64,000 nucleotides of DNA from an uncultured Gemmatimonadales bacterium (GCA_963828735.1 CAWHFW010000005.1:1248001-1312000); one strand, 5' to 3'. Shown: positions 10,962 to 22,089, numbered from the stretch's first letter. The notes: generated by a model from the sequence alone, not told the origin. Numbers and translations: made by a program.

Positions 10962-13154
10962 ATGGCGACCACGACCGGCCCGATCCCCACGTCCGCCGCC
11001 CCCTCGTACACCCCGTTCGTACCTGCCGAGACGTCGCCCGCCGAGCTGACGGCCCGCGCCTTGATCCTCGGGGCGCTTCTCGGGCTCGTGTTCGCGGCGT
11101 CGAGTGTGTACCTCGCGCTCAAGATCGGTCTGACGGTGTCCGCCTCGATTCCGATCGCGGTGCTCTCGGTGGCCTTCTTCCGGACCCTCGGCCGCTCGAC
11201 GATCCTGGAGAACAACATCGTCCAGACCACCGGCTCGGCCGGCGAATCCATCGCCGCCGGGATCGTGTTCACCCTTCCCGCCATCCTGCTCATGGGCTAT
11301 GACCTGAGCATCGGCAAGGTCGCGATCGTGGCTGTGGTGGGCGGCGTGATGGGGATCCTGCTCATGATTCCGCTGCGCCGAGCGCTGATCGTGAAGGAGC
11401 ACGGCCAGCTCACCTACCCCGAGGGCACCGCCTGTGCCGAAGTGCTGGTCGCCGGGGAGCAGGGCGGCCTCCAGGCGCGGCGGCTGTTCCAGGCGTTCGG
11501 AATCGCCTTCGTGTACAAGTTCCTGATGTCGGGGCTCAAGGCGTGGAAGGAATATCCCGGCTGGGTGTCGAGCGGCTACAAGGGCGCATCCATCTCCGCC
11601 GAGGTGTCGCCCGAACTGCTGGGCGTCGGGTACATCATCGGACCTCGCATCGCCGGCTATCTGTTCTCGGGCGGGTGCCTCGCGTATCTGGTGCTCATCC
11701 CGGCGATCAAGCTGTTCGGCAGCGGCCTGACCAAGCCGATCTTCGCCGAAACCAAGCTGATCGCCGACATGAGCCCCGGCGAGGTTCGGGCCAATTTCGT
11801 GTTCTACATCGGCGCCGGCGCGGTGGCCTCGGCCGGCATCATCGCCCTCATCCGGGCGCTGCCCACGATCATCTCCGCCTTTCGCAGCGGATTCCAGGAC
11901 CTCAGGGGCAGCCTGGGTGACGCCACCCCGCGCCTTCGGACGGACCTCGACCTCCCGGTCTGGGTGACGCTGGTCGGGGCCGTGGCGCTGGCCCTCCTGC
12001 TCACCGCGCTGCCGCAGCTCGCCGTCAACCTGCTCGGCGCGATCCTGATCGTGGTGTTCGGTTTCTTCTTCGTCGTGGTCTCGTCGCGCATCACCGGCGA
12101 GATCGGTGTCAGCGCAAACCCGGTCTCGGGCATGACCATCGCGGCATTGATCGGCACTACGGCGATCTTCCTCCTCATCGGCTGGACCGGGGTGGACCAC
12201 CGCGTGGGTGCGATCTCGATCGCGGGCGTCATCGCGGTCGCCGCGAGCAACGCAGGCGCCACGAGCCAGGACCTCAAGACGGGCTTCCTCGTAGGCGCGA
12301 CCCCGCGGCGTCAGCAGCTCGCGATCATCGTCGGCGCGGTCACTTCCGCGCTCGCCGTGGGCTGGACCCTCACGCTCCTCAACAACACGTATACGACGAT
12401 CGTGCCGGAGCACCATCCGGGCGTCACGCTCGAGGCGTCGGCGCCGGACGCCCGGACGCGGTCGGTCACGACGCTGGGCGAGCGGATGAGCCACGGCGGA
12501 CAGGAGTACGAGGTGGTGCGGGTGAACCTGCCGACGCAGGGCGTTCAGCCGGGCAAGTACCTGGTGAACCCGTCCACCCGAGAGGTGGCGTTCCTGGTCG
12601 ACCCTGGCATCGGTGGTCGCATTCGCGAGCTGGATGGCCGGCCGATCACCAAGCTCGATTCCCCCAAGGCGACCATCATGGCGCTCGTCACCGACGGCAT
12701 CCTGACGCAGAAGCTGCCGTGGGGACTCGTGCTGATCGGCGTGTTCCTGACGTTGAGCATCGAGATCATGGGACTTCAGTCCCTGCCCATCGCTGTGGGC
12801 GTGTATCTCCCGATCTCCACCTCCTCCGCGATGTTCGCGGGCGGGGTGGTCCGGTGGCTGGTGGAGCGGCGCGCGCGCGGCGGGGCCCGCACGATCGCCG
12901 AGGTCGAGTCCGGGCCTGGCGTGCTGTTCTCGAGCGGCCTCATCGCCGGCGGCGCCCTCGCGGGCATCGCGATCGCCGGCGTGGCGGCCGCGCTGGTCAG
13001 GCGGGCGGATGCGGCGCAGGTGCCGGCCGCGGATTACCTGGCCCACGTCGCGGGGCTGCAGGGCGCCCTGGGCTCCGTCGCAAACAACGATCTCGTGGCG
13101 CTGGCGGTGTTCGCAGGCATGGCTGCCGTGCTCTACCGCGTCGCGAGCCGTTGA
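10962..13154 (+). CDS. OPT-family oligopeptide transporter
   Basis: YLALKIGLTVSASIP, ENNIVQT, YPEGTACAEVL, QDLKTGFLVGATP; many TM segments. Confidence 0.93.
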   Translation: MATTTGPIPTSAAPSYTPFVPAETSPAELTARALILGALLGLVFAASSVYLALKIGLTVSASIPIAVLSVAFFRTLGRSTILENNIVQTTGSAGESIAAGIVFTLPAILLMGYDLSIGKVAIVAVVGGVMGILLMIPLRRALIVKEHGQLTYPEGTACAEVLVAGEQGGLQARRLFQAFGIAFVYKFLMSGLKAWKEYPGWVSSGYKGASISAEVSPELLGVGYIIGPRIAGYLFSGGCLAYLVLIPAIKLFGSGLTKPIFAETKLIADMSPGEVRANFVFYIGAGAVASAGIIALIRALPTIISAFRSGFQDLRGSLGDATPRLRTDLDLPVWVTLVGAVALALLLTALPQLAVNLLGAILIVVFGFFFVVVSSRITGEIGVSANPVSGMTIAALIGTTAIFLLIGWTGVDHRVGAISIAGVIAVAASNAGATSQDLKTGFLVGATPRRQQLAIIVGAVTSALAVGWTLTLLNNTYTTIVPEHHPGVTLEASAPDARTRSVTTLGERMSHGGQEYEVVRVNLPTQGVQPGKYLVNPSTREVAFLVDPGIGGRIRELDGRPITKLDSPKATIMALVTDGILTQKLPWGLVLIGVFLTLSIEIMGLQSLPIAVGVYLPISTSSAMFAGGVVRWLVERRARGGARTIAEVESGPGVLFSSGLIAGGALAGIAIAGVAAALVRRADAAQVPAADYLAHVAGLQGALGSVANNDLVALAVFAGMAAVLYRVASR

Positions 13155-13157
13155 CCG

Positions 13158-13580
13158 ATGCCCCAGCAGGAACCCATCTCCCCGACGATCCGCGGGCGCA
13201 TCATCCACGGCGCCCTGGTGCTCGGGGTGCTGCTGTTCTGGGTGCTGGCCTGGGCGATCAGCGATCGATCGCTCCCCTCGGGCGCGCTCCCCGATCGGCG
13301 TGCGCTCTACATCGGGCTCGCGCTCCTGAGCGCCACCATGTTCGGCGCGGCGGCATTCATGGTCGGCCGCCTGCAGCCACCCTCGCGGGGCGCGTCGGAG
13401 GATGATTGGTGGCGCGCGAATCTCGGGCAGGCGATCGCCGCCTGGGCGCTGGTGGAGGCGCCGACCCTGCTCGGGCTCGTGGCCTACACCCTGACGCGCG
13501 ATTTCCGCACGCTGCTGGCGCCCTTCATCGGCCTGCTGCTCTTCGCCAACTACAACCCGCGTCGCCTGACCGAGCGCTGA
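13158..13580 (+). CDS. Hypothetical membrane protein (about 4 TM)
   Basis: Hydrophobic 140-aa ORF packed between OPT and the next gene, with a stop/start overlap. Confidence 0.7.
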   Translation: MPQQEPISPTIRGRIIHGALVLGVLLFWVLAWAISDRSLPSGALPDRRALYIGLALLSATMFGAAAFMVGRLQPPSRGASEDDWWRANLGQAIAAWALVEAPTLLGLVAYTLTRDFRTLLAPFIGLLLFANYNPRRLTER

Positions 13581-14467
13581 TGCAGGTGGTCACCCTGCTC
13601 CCGGGCGCCACCGAGATCGTCGCGGCACTGGGCGGAGGCGGTCTCCTCGCGGCCGTCTCCCACGAGTGCGATTACCCCGAGTGGGTCCGACGGCTGCCGC
13701 GCGTCACCTCCACGCCGCTCAACCCGTCGTTGCCCGGCGCGGAAATCGATGCCGAGGTGCGCCGCCTGCGCGACGCCGGACGGGCGGTGATCGCGGTGGA
13801 CGCCGAGGCGCTCGAGAGGCTCGCGCCCGATCTCGTGATCACCCAGGACCTCTGCGAGGTATGCGCGGTGGCGGACGGAGCCGTGCATCGCCTCGCGGAC
13901 GCGCTGGCCCGGCCGCCCGCGGTCCTGGCGCTCACCGGGCGCACGGTCGCGGGCGTGATGGACGACGTGCGGCGCGTCGCCCGCGCACTCGACCTCGTGG
14001 ACGCGGGGGAGGAGCTCGTCACGAGGCTTCGCAGCCGGCTCGCGCGACTGGCCGACGCCTCCCCCGCCAAGCGACCGCGTGTTCTCTGCATCGAATGGCT
14101 CGAGCCATTGTACGTCGCGGGACACTGGGTGCCGGAGCTGGTAGAGGCGGCGGGCGGCCTCGACGTCGGCGCGCGACCGGGAGCCCACTCGGCCCGGACC
14201 ACCTGGGAGGCCGCCGCCGAGCTTCGTCCGGATCTCATCGTCGTCATGCTGTGCGGTTTCGGCGTGGAGCGCTCGCGGCAGGAGCTCGACCGGCTCGAGG
14301 TCCCGGCCGCCGCGCGACTCCTCGAATCGGTCCCGGTATGGCTGCTGGACGGGAACGCCTACACGTCGAGGCCCGGGCCGAGGATCGTGGAGGGAGCGGA
14401 GCGCCTGCGGGCGGCGATGGTAGGTGAGGAGCGCGCGGGACTCGAGCGCTGGCGGTCGAGAGGGTGA
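13580..14467 (+). CDS. BtuF-like type III periplasmic-binding-fold protein (cobalamin/Fe-siderophore-binding family), no signal peptide
   Basis: [39 protein letters not shown]...[16 protein letters not shown]. Confidence 0.8.
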   Translation: MQVVTLLPGATEIVAALGGGGLLAAVSHECDYPEWVRRLPRVTSTPLNPSLPGAEIDAEVRRLRDAGRAVIAVDAEALERLAPDLVITQDLCEVCAVADGAVHRLADALARPPAVLALTGRTVAGVMDDVRRVARALDLVDAGEELVTRLRSRLARLADASPAKRPRVLCIEWLEPLYVAGHWVPELVEAAGGLDVGARPGAHSARTTWEAAAELRPDLIVVMLCGFGVERSRQELDRLEVPAAARLLESVPVWLLDGNAYTSRPGPRIVEGAERLRAAMVGEERAGLERWRSRG

Positions 14468-14946
14468 CAGTCTCGATCCAGCCGGCCCTCAGTGGTCCGG
14501 CGCTCGACGAGGTCCGGGAGCTGCTCGAAGAGTACGCAGCGGCGCTCGGCGTCGATCTCGGCTTTCAGGGCTTCGCCGAGGAGCTGGCCGGGCTTCCGGG
14601 GGACTACGCGCCGCCGAGCGGATGCCTCCTCCTCGGCCGCGTAGGCGACCGCTCGGCCGGGTGCGTCGCGCTGAGGCCGATGGACACTGGGGTGTGCGAA
14701 ATGAAACGTCTGTACGTCAGGCCCGAGGCTCGAGGGACCGGCCTCGGCAGGCACCTCGCGGAGGCCGCATTGGAGAGGGCCCGCGCTCGCGGCTATACGG
14801 CGGTCCGGCTCGACACGCTGCCGACCATGACGACGGCTCGCACCCTCTACCGCTCGCTGGGATTCCGCCCGATCCCGCCCTATCGGCACAACCCCGTTCC
14901 GGGTGCGGAATTCCTCGAGTTGACCCTCCGCGCGGGACAGGGGTAG
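14464..14946 (+). CDS. GNAT-family N-acetyltransferase
   Basis: [33 protein letters not shown]. Confidence 0.92.
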   Translation: MTVSIQPALSGPALDEVRELLEEYAAALGVDLGFQGFAEELAGLPGDYAPPSGCLLLGRVGDRSAGCVALRPMDTGVCEMKRLYVRPEARGTGLGRHLAEAALERARARGYTAVRLDTLPTMTTARTLYRSLGFRPIPPYRHNPVPGAEFLELTLRAGQG

Positions 14947-14996
14947 ACAAGCGCGCACATGGCCGCGACCTTTGTCGCTCTTCCACCTCCAGGACC

Positions 14997-16070
14997 ATGA
15001 CGCCCGAGTCGCTCGCGTTTCTGAAGTCACTGCTCGATACGCCCGGCCCGTCCGCGTTCGAGGCTGCCCCGGCGCGCGTCTGGCGCGCCGAGGCGGAACG
15101 ATTCGCCAGCGACGTCCGCGTGGACGTGGCCGGCAACTCGTTCGCCACGCTCAACGGCCAGGGCCGCCCGCGGGTGATGTTCGCGGGGCACATCGACGAG
15201 ATCGGCGTGATGGTGACCCACCTCGACGACGACGGCTTCGTCAGCTTCGACACGATCGGCGGTTGGGACCACCAGGTCTTCGTCGGGCAGCGGGTGCGTC
15301 TCCTGGGGCGCCAGGGACCGGTTCCGGGCGTGGTCGGGAAGAAGGCGATCCACATCATGGACAAGGACGATCGCGAGAAAGTGTCCAAGGTGGAGGACCT
15401 CTGGATCGACATCGGCGCCACGAGCCGCGCCGAGGCGGAGCAGCAGCTCCGGATCGGCGACCCGGGTGTGCTTGCGGCCGGCGTGCTCGAGTTCCCCAAC
15501 GGCCGCCTGGTGAGCCGGTCCATCGACAACCGCATCGGCGCCTTCGTGGTGCTCGAGGCCCTGCGACTGCTCGCGGCGGACACCGGTCACGCGGGCGCGG
15601 CCGTGACCGCCGTGGCGACGACACGGGAGGAGATCGCCGCGACGGGCGGCGGGGCCCGCTCGTCGGCGGCGATGCTCGAGCCCGACGTGGCCATCGTGAT
15701 CGACGTGACGCACGCGACCGACTATCCCGGCATCGACAAGCGCAAGCATGGCGACTACCGCCTCGGCGGCGGGCCCGTCCTGTCGCGCGGCGCGTCCGTG
15801 AGCGAGGTGGTCTTCGAGCGCCTCGCGGCGGCGGCTGAGGCCGAGGGGATACCCTACTCCATCGAAGCCGCCTCGCGCGACACGCACACCGACGCCGAGG
15901 CGATCTTCAATGCGCACCGGGGAGTGGCCACGGCCCTGGTCTCGGTGCCGAACCGCTACATGCACAGTCCCAACGAGATGATCGCGCTCGAGGACCTGGA
16001 CCGTACCGCCAGGCTCCTCGCCGCGTTCGTCCGCCGTCTCACCTCCGACACGGACTTCGTGCCGCGCTGA
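14997..16070 (+). CDS. M42-family metallo-aminopeptidase
   Basis: GHIDEIG, IDNRIG, TREEI, IDVTHA, RYMHSPNE. Confidence 0.92.
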   Translation: MTPESLAFLKSLLDTPGPSAFEAAPARVWRAEAERFASDVRVDVAGNSFATLNGQGRPRVMFAGHIDEIGVMVTHLDDDGFVSFDTIGGWDHQVFVGQRVRLLGRQGPVPGVVGKKAIHIMDKDDREKVSKVEDLWIDIGATSRAEAEQQLRIGDPGVLAAGVLEFPNGRLVSRSIDNRIGAFVVLEALRLLAADTGHAGAAVTAVATTREEIAATGGGARSSAAMLEPDVAIVIDVTHATDYPGIDKRKHGDYRLGGGPVLSRGASVSEVVFERLAAAAEAEGIPYSIEAASRDTHTDAEAIFNAHRGVATALVSVPNRYMHSPNEMIALEDLDRTARLLAAFVRRLTSDTDFVPR

Positions 16071-16095
16071 GCGCGGCGTGATAATTTTCGATCGT

Positions 16096-17415
16096 ATGGC
16101 CGCACAACGCAGGCTCTCCGGTCTCGCCGTCCTCCTGGCCCTGACCGCCACACCGCTCGGCGCCCAGCAGATGGGTACCGCGACGCACGACGTGGTGCGC
16201 CCGGTGCCGCCGCCGGTGATGCCAATCGACGACATACGCTTCCTGAGCGACGACCGGCTGGGCGGGCGGCTCACCGGCAGCCCTGGCGCGGACACCGCTG
16301 CGGCGTACCTCGCCCGCCGGTTCATGGCGGTGGGACTGCAGCAGGCGGCGGGCGGATGGTTTCAGAGCTTCCCCATCTCGCGCGACGCGCCGGCGGCGCA
16401 GAACGCGCACGTCGGCGGGCTCATCGGCCGCAACGTGATCGGCCTGCTCCCGGGCCGCGATCCGGTCCTCCGGAACGAGACGGTCATCGTCGGCGCGCAC
16501 TATGACCATCTCGGTCTCGGCGGGTTCGGCAGCCTCGACCCGGACAGCACGGGAAAGGTCCACAACGGCGCCGACGACAACGCCTCCGGGTCAGCGATGC
16601 TGGTCGAGATCGCGCAGCGGCTGGCGGTCGCACCGCCGGCCCGCACGGTCGTGTTCATCGCGTTCAGCGGCGAGGAGCTCGGTCTGCTGGGCTCGGCATA
16701 CTACGTGAAGCAGCCGATCTACCCGCTCGCGACCACTCTGGCGATGATCAATCTCGACATGGTGGGCCGCCTCCGTCAGAAACGCCTCATCGTGTACGGC
16801 TCGCGCACCGCGAAGGAGTTCCCCGCGCTGCTCGACTCGCTCAACTGGTACGCTGGGTTCGACCTGAAGGCCCAGGGCGACGGGTACGGACCGAGCGACC
16901 AGTCCTCGTTCTACGCGGCCGGCCGGCCGGTGCTGCACTTCTTCACCGACCTCCACGAGGACTATCACCGGACCACCGACGACTGGCAGAAGATCAACGT
17001 CGAGGGCTTCGGCCAGGTCGCCACCTTCGTGACCGGCCTGGTAACCGCGCTGGCCAACCGCCCCGGACCACTCACCCTGATGCCCGCTGCGTCCCAGATG
17101 TCGGCGAGCACGGAGTCGACGATGGCGGGGACCGCGCTGGCGGGCTACGGGGCGTACCTGGGCACGGTCCCCGACATGACTGACAGTCCGGGCGGCGTAC
17201 GCCTGCTCGGGGTTCGCGCGGGTAGCCCGGCCGAAAAGGCGGGACTCCGTGGCGATGACATCATCACGAAGATCGGGGACATGAACGTGCCCGACCTGGA
17301 GGCCATGGCTCAGGCGCTCCGGAGCCACCACCCCGGCGACACGGTGGAAATCGTCGTTCGACGCGGCACCGCGACGACGACGCTCCGTGCCACGCTCGGC
17401 GAGCGGGGGGGATGA
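16096..17415 (+). CDS. M28-family peptidase with C-terminal PDZ domain, exported
   Basis: Signal peptide, GAHYDHLG, GADDNASG, GEELGLLGS, YHRTTD; PDZ motif GSPAEKAGLRGDDII. Confidence 0.9.
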   Translation: MAAQRRLSGLAVLLALTATPLGAQQMGTATHDVVRPVPPPVMPIDDIRFLSDDRLGGRLTGSPGADTAAAYLARRFMAVGLQQAAGGWFQSFPISRDAPAAQNAHVGGLIGRNVIGLLPGRDPVLRNETVIVGAHYDHLGLGGFGSLDPDSTGKVHNGADDNASGSAMLVEIAQRLAVAPPARTVVFIAFSGEELGLLGSAYYVKQPIYPLATTLAMINLDMVGRLRQKRLIVYGSRTAKEFPALLDSLNWYAGFDLKAQGDGYGPSDQSSFYAAGRPVLHFFTDLHEDYHRTTDDWQKINVEGFGQVATFVTGLVTALANRPGPLTLMPAASQMSASTESTMAGTALAGYGAYLGTVPDMTDSPGGVRLLGVRAGSPAEKAGLRGDDIITKIGDMNVPDLEAMAQALRSHHPGDTVEIVVRRGTATTTLRATLGERGG

Positions 17416-17873
17416 GCGTGCCGGTGCTCGATGCCGATCGGGTGATCGCGGCCCTCCGAGGCGCGTTCGCTCGCGACGCGGGACGGGTGGAGCTGCTGGG
17501 ACTCGCGGCCGAGAAGATCCGGACTGCCGGTGCGCCCTACACCTCGGTCTATCTCTACATGCTGCATGGCGAAGAGCTGGTGCTCGAGGCCTTCGCTGGG
17601 CGAGACACGGAGCACACGCGGATCCCCGTGGGTCACGGGGTATGCGGCACCGCCGTAGCCACGGGACAGGACCAGAACGTCCCCGACGTGCGCGCCGTCT
17701 CGAACTACATCGCCTGCAACACGTGGACGCGCTCCGAGCTCGTCGTGCTGATCCGCCGCGGCGCCACGATCCTGGGACAGATCGACGTGGACAGCGACGT
17801 CCCGGATCCGTTCACGCCCGACGAGGAGGCGGCGGTCCGGAAGGTCGCGGACGCCCTGGCCGTCCTGCTCTGA
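17412..17873 (+). CDS. msrC: GAF-domain protein, free methionine-(R)-sulfoxide reductase-like
   Basis: RIPVGHGVCGTA, VPDV..NYIAC...SELVV, GQIDVDS. Confidence 0.72.
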   Translation: MSVPVLDADRVIAALRGAFARDAGRVELLGLAAEKIRTAGAPYTSVYLYMLHGEELVLEAFAGRDTEHTRIPVGHGVCGTAVATGQDQNVPDVRAVSNYIACNTWTRSELVVLIRRGATILGQIDVDSDVPDPFTPDEEAAVRKVADALAVLL

Positions 17874-17875
17874 CC

Positions 17876-18775
17876 ATGCGCGCGTGGTCGTCCGCCCGGT
17901 TCACGATCGCCCTGCCCGACGGCCATCGATTCCCCATCGCCAAGTACGCCCGTCTCCGCGAGGAGGTCGTCGCGCGAGGACTGCTGCCCGCCCACGCGAT
18001 CGAGGAGCCCGACCGCGCGGACCGCTGGGCGCTCGAGCTCGTGCACACGCCGCGGTACGTGGACGCGGTACTCGAAGGATCGCTCACGGCGGCCGAGGTG
18101 CGGCGACTGGGCTTTCCCTGGAGTCCCGAGCTCCGCGAGCGTTCGCTCCACACCGTCCAGGGGACCGTCGAAGCGGCGCGCGACGCCCTGGACCATGGGC
18201 TCGGGATCAATCTTGCCGGCGGGACGCACCACGCCTTTCCGGACCACGGCGAGGGATTCTGCGTGCTCAACGACGTCGCGATCGCGATCCGGGTGCTGCA
18301 GCGCGAGGGACGGATCACTAATGCCGCGGTGGTGGATCTCGACGTCCATCAGGGGAACGGGACGGCCGTGGTCTTCGCCGGCGACCCTGACGTGTTCACG
18401 TTCTCCATGCACGGCTCGGGAAACTATCCGTTCCGGAAGGAGCGCAGCACGCTCGACGTGGAGCTGGACGACGGCTGCGAAGACGTGGAGTACCTGGAGG
18501 CGCTGGAGACGCACCTCGGGCCGGCCCTCGACGCCGCGCGGCCGGAACTGGTCTTCTATCTCGGCGGCGCCGACCCCTTCCTGCACGATCGCTTCGGCCG
18601 GCTCGGGCTGAGCATGCCGGGACTCGGCGCTCGCGACCGCCTGACGTTCGCCGCGATCCGCCGGCGGGGCATTCCTTTGGTGGTCACGATGGCGGGCGGC
18701 TATGCGCGACGGCTCGAGGATGTGGTCACCATTCAGGCGGACATGGTCGGTGCCGCGCTCGCCGCGTATGGGTGA
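17876..18775 (+). CDS. Zn-dependent histone deacetylase-family protein
   Basis: GGTHHA, GFC, DLDVHQGNG, GADP..HD, GGY. Confidence 0.92.
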   Translation: MRAWSSARFTIALPDGHRFPIAKYARLREEVVARGLLPAHAIEEPDRADRWALELVHTPRYVDAVLEGSLTAAEVRRLGFPWSPELRERSLHTVQGTVEAARDALDHGLGINLAGGTHHAFPDHGEGFCVLNDVAIAIRVLQREGRITNAAVVDLDVHQGNGTAVVFAGDPDVFTFSMHGSGNYPFRKERSTLDVELDDGCEDVEYLEALETHLGPALDAARPELVFYLGGADPFLHDRFGRLGLSMPGLGARDRLTFAAIRRRGIPLVVTMAGGYARRLEDVVTIQADMVGAALAAYG

Positions 18776-19610
18776 GGCGACCGGAGGACGCACGGAAACG
18801 GTCAGCGTCCCGGGTGCGGCGCTCTTCGTCCGGCGTGTAGGCGAGGGCTCGCCGGTCGTGGTGCTGCACGGCGGCCCGGGCGCGGATCACGAGTACCTGC
18901 GGCCCGGTTTCGATGCGCTCGCGCAGGGCCGCGAGCTCATCTACTACGACCAGCGCGGCGGTGGGCGATCTCCGGTCGCCAGGAACGTTCCGGTCGGCTG
19001 GAGAGAGCAGGTGGCCGACCTCGAGGCGCTCCGCCGGCATTGGGGCCTCGAGCGGCTCACGGTGGCCGGCTATTCCTGGGGCGGGCTCCTGGCCGTCCTG
19101 TACGCGCTCGCGCATCCGGGCCGGGTGGGACGGTTGGCGCTCGTGTCACCCGCGCCCACGTGGCGGGCGGCGCGTGAAGGGTTCGAGGCCGCGTTCGCCC
19201 GGCGCAATCTGGATCCTGCATTTCAGGAGGAGCGCCGCCAGCTCCGTGAGAGCGGTCTCCGCGAACGGGACCCTGCGGCGTTCCAGCAGCGCATCTTCGA
19301 GCTGTCGGTCGCCGCATATTTCTTCGATCCGTCCAAGGCCCGCGATCTCACGCCGTTCCGCGTGATCGGACGTACCCAGCAGGAGGTGTGGCAGAGCCTC
19401 GGCGACTACGACCTCCGCCCGCGGCTGCCGGAGCTCGCGGGCACCCCGATCCTCATTCTTCACGGGGAGGAGGATCCGATCCCGATCGAGGCGGCGCGAA
19501 CGGCGGCAGATCTGCTCGGCGCGACATTCCACCCCGTCCCACGCTGCGGCCACGTGCCGTATGTCGAGGCATTCGACACGTTCCGGACGGTGGTGGGCGA
19601 CTTTCTCTGA
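18768..19610 (+). CDS. Alpha/beta hydrolase (proline iminopeptidase-like)
   Basis: LHGGPG, YDQRGGGRS, GYSWGG, HGEED, CGHVPY. Confidence 0.88.
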   Translation: MGEATGGRTETVSVPGAALFVRRVGEGSPVVVLHGGPGADHEYLRPGFDALAQGRELIYYDQRGGGRSPVARNVPVGWREQVADLEALRRHWGLERLTVAGYSWGGLLAVLYALAHPGRVGRLALVSPAPTWRAAREGFEAAFARRNLDPAFQEERRQLRESGLRERDPAAFQQRIFELSVAAYFFDPSKARDLTPFRVIGRTQQEVWQSLGDYDLRPRLPELAGTPILILHGEEDPIPIEAARTAADLLGATFHPVPRCGHVPYVEAFDTFRTVVGDFL

Positions 19611-19675
19611 CGGCCGGTACCGGCCTTCATTCGGGACGACGGCCCGGCCCTGTCCGTTCCGGCTATCTTCCCCCC

Positions 19676-20344
19676 ATGTCCCGTCCTACCCCCTTCGATC
19701 TCGTCTTTGCCCGCACCGCGGACACCGTCTTCCCCAGCATCCGCGCGGCGCTCGAGCGGCTGGGGCACAACGCCGCGGACCGCGACGCCTTCCTCATGAT
19801 CCCGGAGGTCGTGACGCTGCTTCACGATCTCAGGCCCGAGGACGGGCTCGGAGATGGCATGGACCAGCTGGTGGCCCTGGTCCACCACGCCTACCTGCTC
19901 TGGGACGCGGGCGCGCTCACACTGCCACTTTCGGCCGAGCGCCTCGCGGGCCTGCTCGACGCACAGGCGCCTCCGTCGGCCGCGCAGGACGAGCCGCCGC
20001 GCGCCTACTACGCCCAGCTCGAGGATCGGCAGGTCTGGGCCCGGGTGGTGGACGACCTTCCCGCCGAGCCCATGGACGGCTGCTTCGTTCACACCAGCGG
20101 CGCCCAGCTCCGGGTGCTCGGGATCTTCGGCTTGCGGCCCGAGCGGGAGGGATTCAGCGCGGTCGAGACCGCGGGGCCGAGGCCGGTCGCGCTCGAACGA
20201 CCCGATGGCACGCCATTGTTCTCGCCGGTGCTCGCCGGCGGGCAGGCCGCGGGGCTCTACTCGCTCGTCGGGGGCGAGGAGCTGCTCGAGCTCGGGTGGC
20301 GGACCCGCGCGCTGGCCAACTCGCTGTCCGCTCCCGCGCGATGA
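19676..20344 (+). CDS. Hypothetical protein, translationally coupled to polX
   Basis: 222-aa ORF with typical codon use; ATGA overlap with polX. Confidence 0.7.
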   Translation: MSRPTPFDLVFARTADTVFPSIRAALERLGHNAADRDAFLMIPEVVTLLHDLRPEDGLGDGMDQLVALVHHAYLLWDAGALTLPLSAERLAGLLDAQAPPSAAQDEPPRAYYAQLEDRQVWARVVDDLPAEPMDGCFVHTSGAQLRVLGIFGLRPEREGFSAVETAGPRPVALERPDGTPLFSPVLAGGQAAGLYSLVGGEELLELGWRTRALANSLSAPAR

Positions 20345-22089
20345 CCGACGCCGTACGCAGCTTCATGGACAAGAAGGCGGTCGCGCAGGTGCTCGACCAG
20401 ATCGCCGCCTTTCTCGAGCTCAAGGGCGAGAATCCGTTCCGCATCCGTGCCTTCCGCACGGCCGCGCGCGCGGTCGGCAGCTTCTCGGGTGACCTGCGCG
20501 AGGGCCTGGAGGAGGGGAGCCTGGCCGGGACGAAGGGCGTCGGGCCCGCCACACTCCAGATCGTGGCCGAGATCGTGGCGACCGGCCGAGCCAGCATGCT
20601 GGAGGACCTGCGCGAGCAGATCCCCCCCGGCCTGGTGGAGATGCTCGCGATCTCCGGCCTCGGCGTCGCGAAGATCCGGCAGATCCATGACGTGCTCGAC
20701 ATCGACTCGGTCCCCGAGCTCGAGGCGGCCGCGCTCGACGGCAGGCTGTCGAAGCTTCCTCGCTTCGGGCCCAAGACGAGCGAGAACATCCTCAAGGGCA
20801 TCGCCTATCTTCGCCACGCGAGCGCCTTCCGCCTGCTGCACCACGCCGCGGACGAGGCCGAGGGACTGCGCGCGGCCCTCGAGCGGATGTCCGGGGTGGT
20901 TCAGGCCGTCGTCGCCGGCGACGTGCGCCGCCGCGCCGAGATCGTGCGGGATCTCGTGCTCGTGCTCGCGGCCGACGTGACGCCGGGCGAACTGTTCAAG
21001 CGGCTGAGCCAACTTCCCGGCGTCCACGAGTTCGCTGGGCAGGACGACCGCCGGATCACGCTCCGGTTCGCCGGAGGAGCGAGCGCCCAGATCGTGGTCA
21101 CCACGCCGGTCAACTTCGGCGCGGTGCTGGCCCAGGCCACCGGGGCGGAAGCGCATCTGCGTGATCTGGCCGCGCACGCCGCCGGCCGCGACTTCGCGCT
21201 CACTGGCGCGGCGCTCTGGCGCGGCTCCGCCTTCGTGCCGACCCCCGACGAGCGGAGCTTCTACACCGCGCTCGGACTGGACTTCATCGAGCCCGAGCTG
21301 CGCGAGGGCCAGGGCGAGGTGGCGGCGGCCGTCGAGCACCGGCTGCCGACGCTGCTCGAGCGCGGCGATCTCCAGGGCGTGCTGCACTGCCACACGCGGT
21401 ACTCGGACGGCTCCAACACGGTCGAGGAGCTGGCGCTGGCATGCCGCGACGCGGGCTACGGCTATGTAGGTATCACCGACCACAGCCAGGCCGCCGCGTA
21501 CGCCGGCGGCCTCAGGGCCGACGATCTGGCTCGCCAAGCCGACGAGATCGACGAGGTGAACGGCCGGCTGGAGGGTGTCCGGGTGCTCAAGGGTGTCGAA
21601 GCCGACATTCTGCAGGACGGCCGCATCGACTTCGACGACGCCGTGCTCGCGCGGCTGGACTTCGTCATCGCCTCGATCCACACCCGGTTCAACCTGGGCG
21701 AGCGCGAGATGACGGCGCGCATGCTGGCCGCGATGGACAATCCCCACCTCACCATCATCGGCCACCCGACCGGCCGACTGCTGCTCTCACGCGATCCCTA
21801 CGGGCTGGACCTCGACGCGGTGATCGAGAAGGCGGCTGCGACCGGAATCGCGCTCGAGATCAACGCCGATCCGCACCGGCTCGACCTCGACTGGCGAAGG
21901 GTCCGCCAGGCGCGCGACCGCGGGGTCGCCATCTCGATCGGCGCCGACGCCCACAACGTCGCCGGCATTGCCAACGTGGAGTACGGCGTGGCCACGGCGC
22001 GGAAAGGGTGGGTGGCGGCCGCCGACGTCCTCAACACGCTTCCGGCGGAGGGCTTTCTCGCGCGAGCGGCGCGCCGGCGGCAGGGATGA
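20341..22089 (+). CDS. polX: PolX/PHP protein (family X DNA polymerase domain, degenerate, plus PHP 3'-5' exonuclease)
   Basis: [13 protein letters not shown], HhH motifs, PELRE; PHP motifs [28 protein letters not shown]. Confidence 0.92.
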   Translation: MTDAVRSFMDKKAVAQVLDQIAAFLELKGENPFRIRAFRTAARAVGSFSGDLREGLEEGSLAGTKGVGPATLQIVAEIVATGRASMLEDLREQIPPGLVEMLAISGLGVAKIRQIHDVLDIDSVPELEAAALDGRLSKLPRFGPKTSENILKGIAYLRHASAFRLLHHAADEAEGLRAALERMSGVVQAVVAGDVRRRAEIVRDLVLVLAADVTPGELFKRLSQLPGVHEFAGQDDRRITLRFAGGASAQIVVTTPVNFGAVLAQATGAEAHLRDLAAHAAGRDFALTGAALWRGSAFVPTPDERSFYTALGLDFIEPELREGQGEVAAAVEHRLPTLLERGDLQGVLHCHTRYSDGSNTVEELALACRDAGYGYVGITDHSQAAAYAGGLRADDLARQADEIDEVNGRLEGVRVLKGVEADILQDGRIDFDDAVLARLDFVIASIHTRFNLGEREMTARMLAAMDNPHLTIIGHPTGRLLLSRDPYGLDLDAVIEKAAATGIALEINADPHRLDLDWRRVRQARDRGVAISIGADAHNVAGIANVEYGVATARKGWVAAADVLNTLPAEGFLARAARRRQG

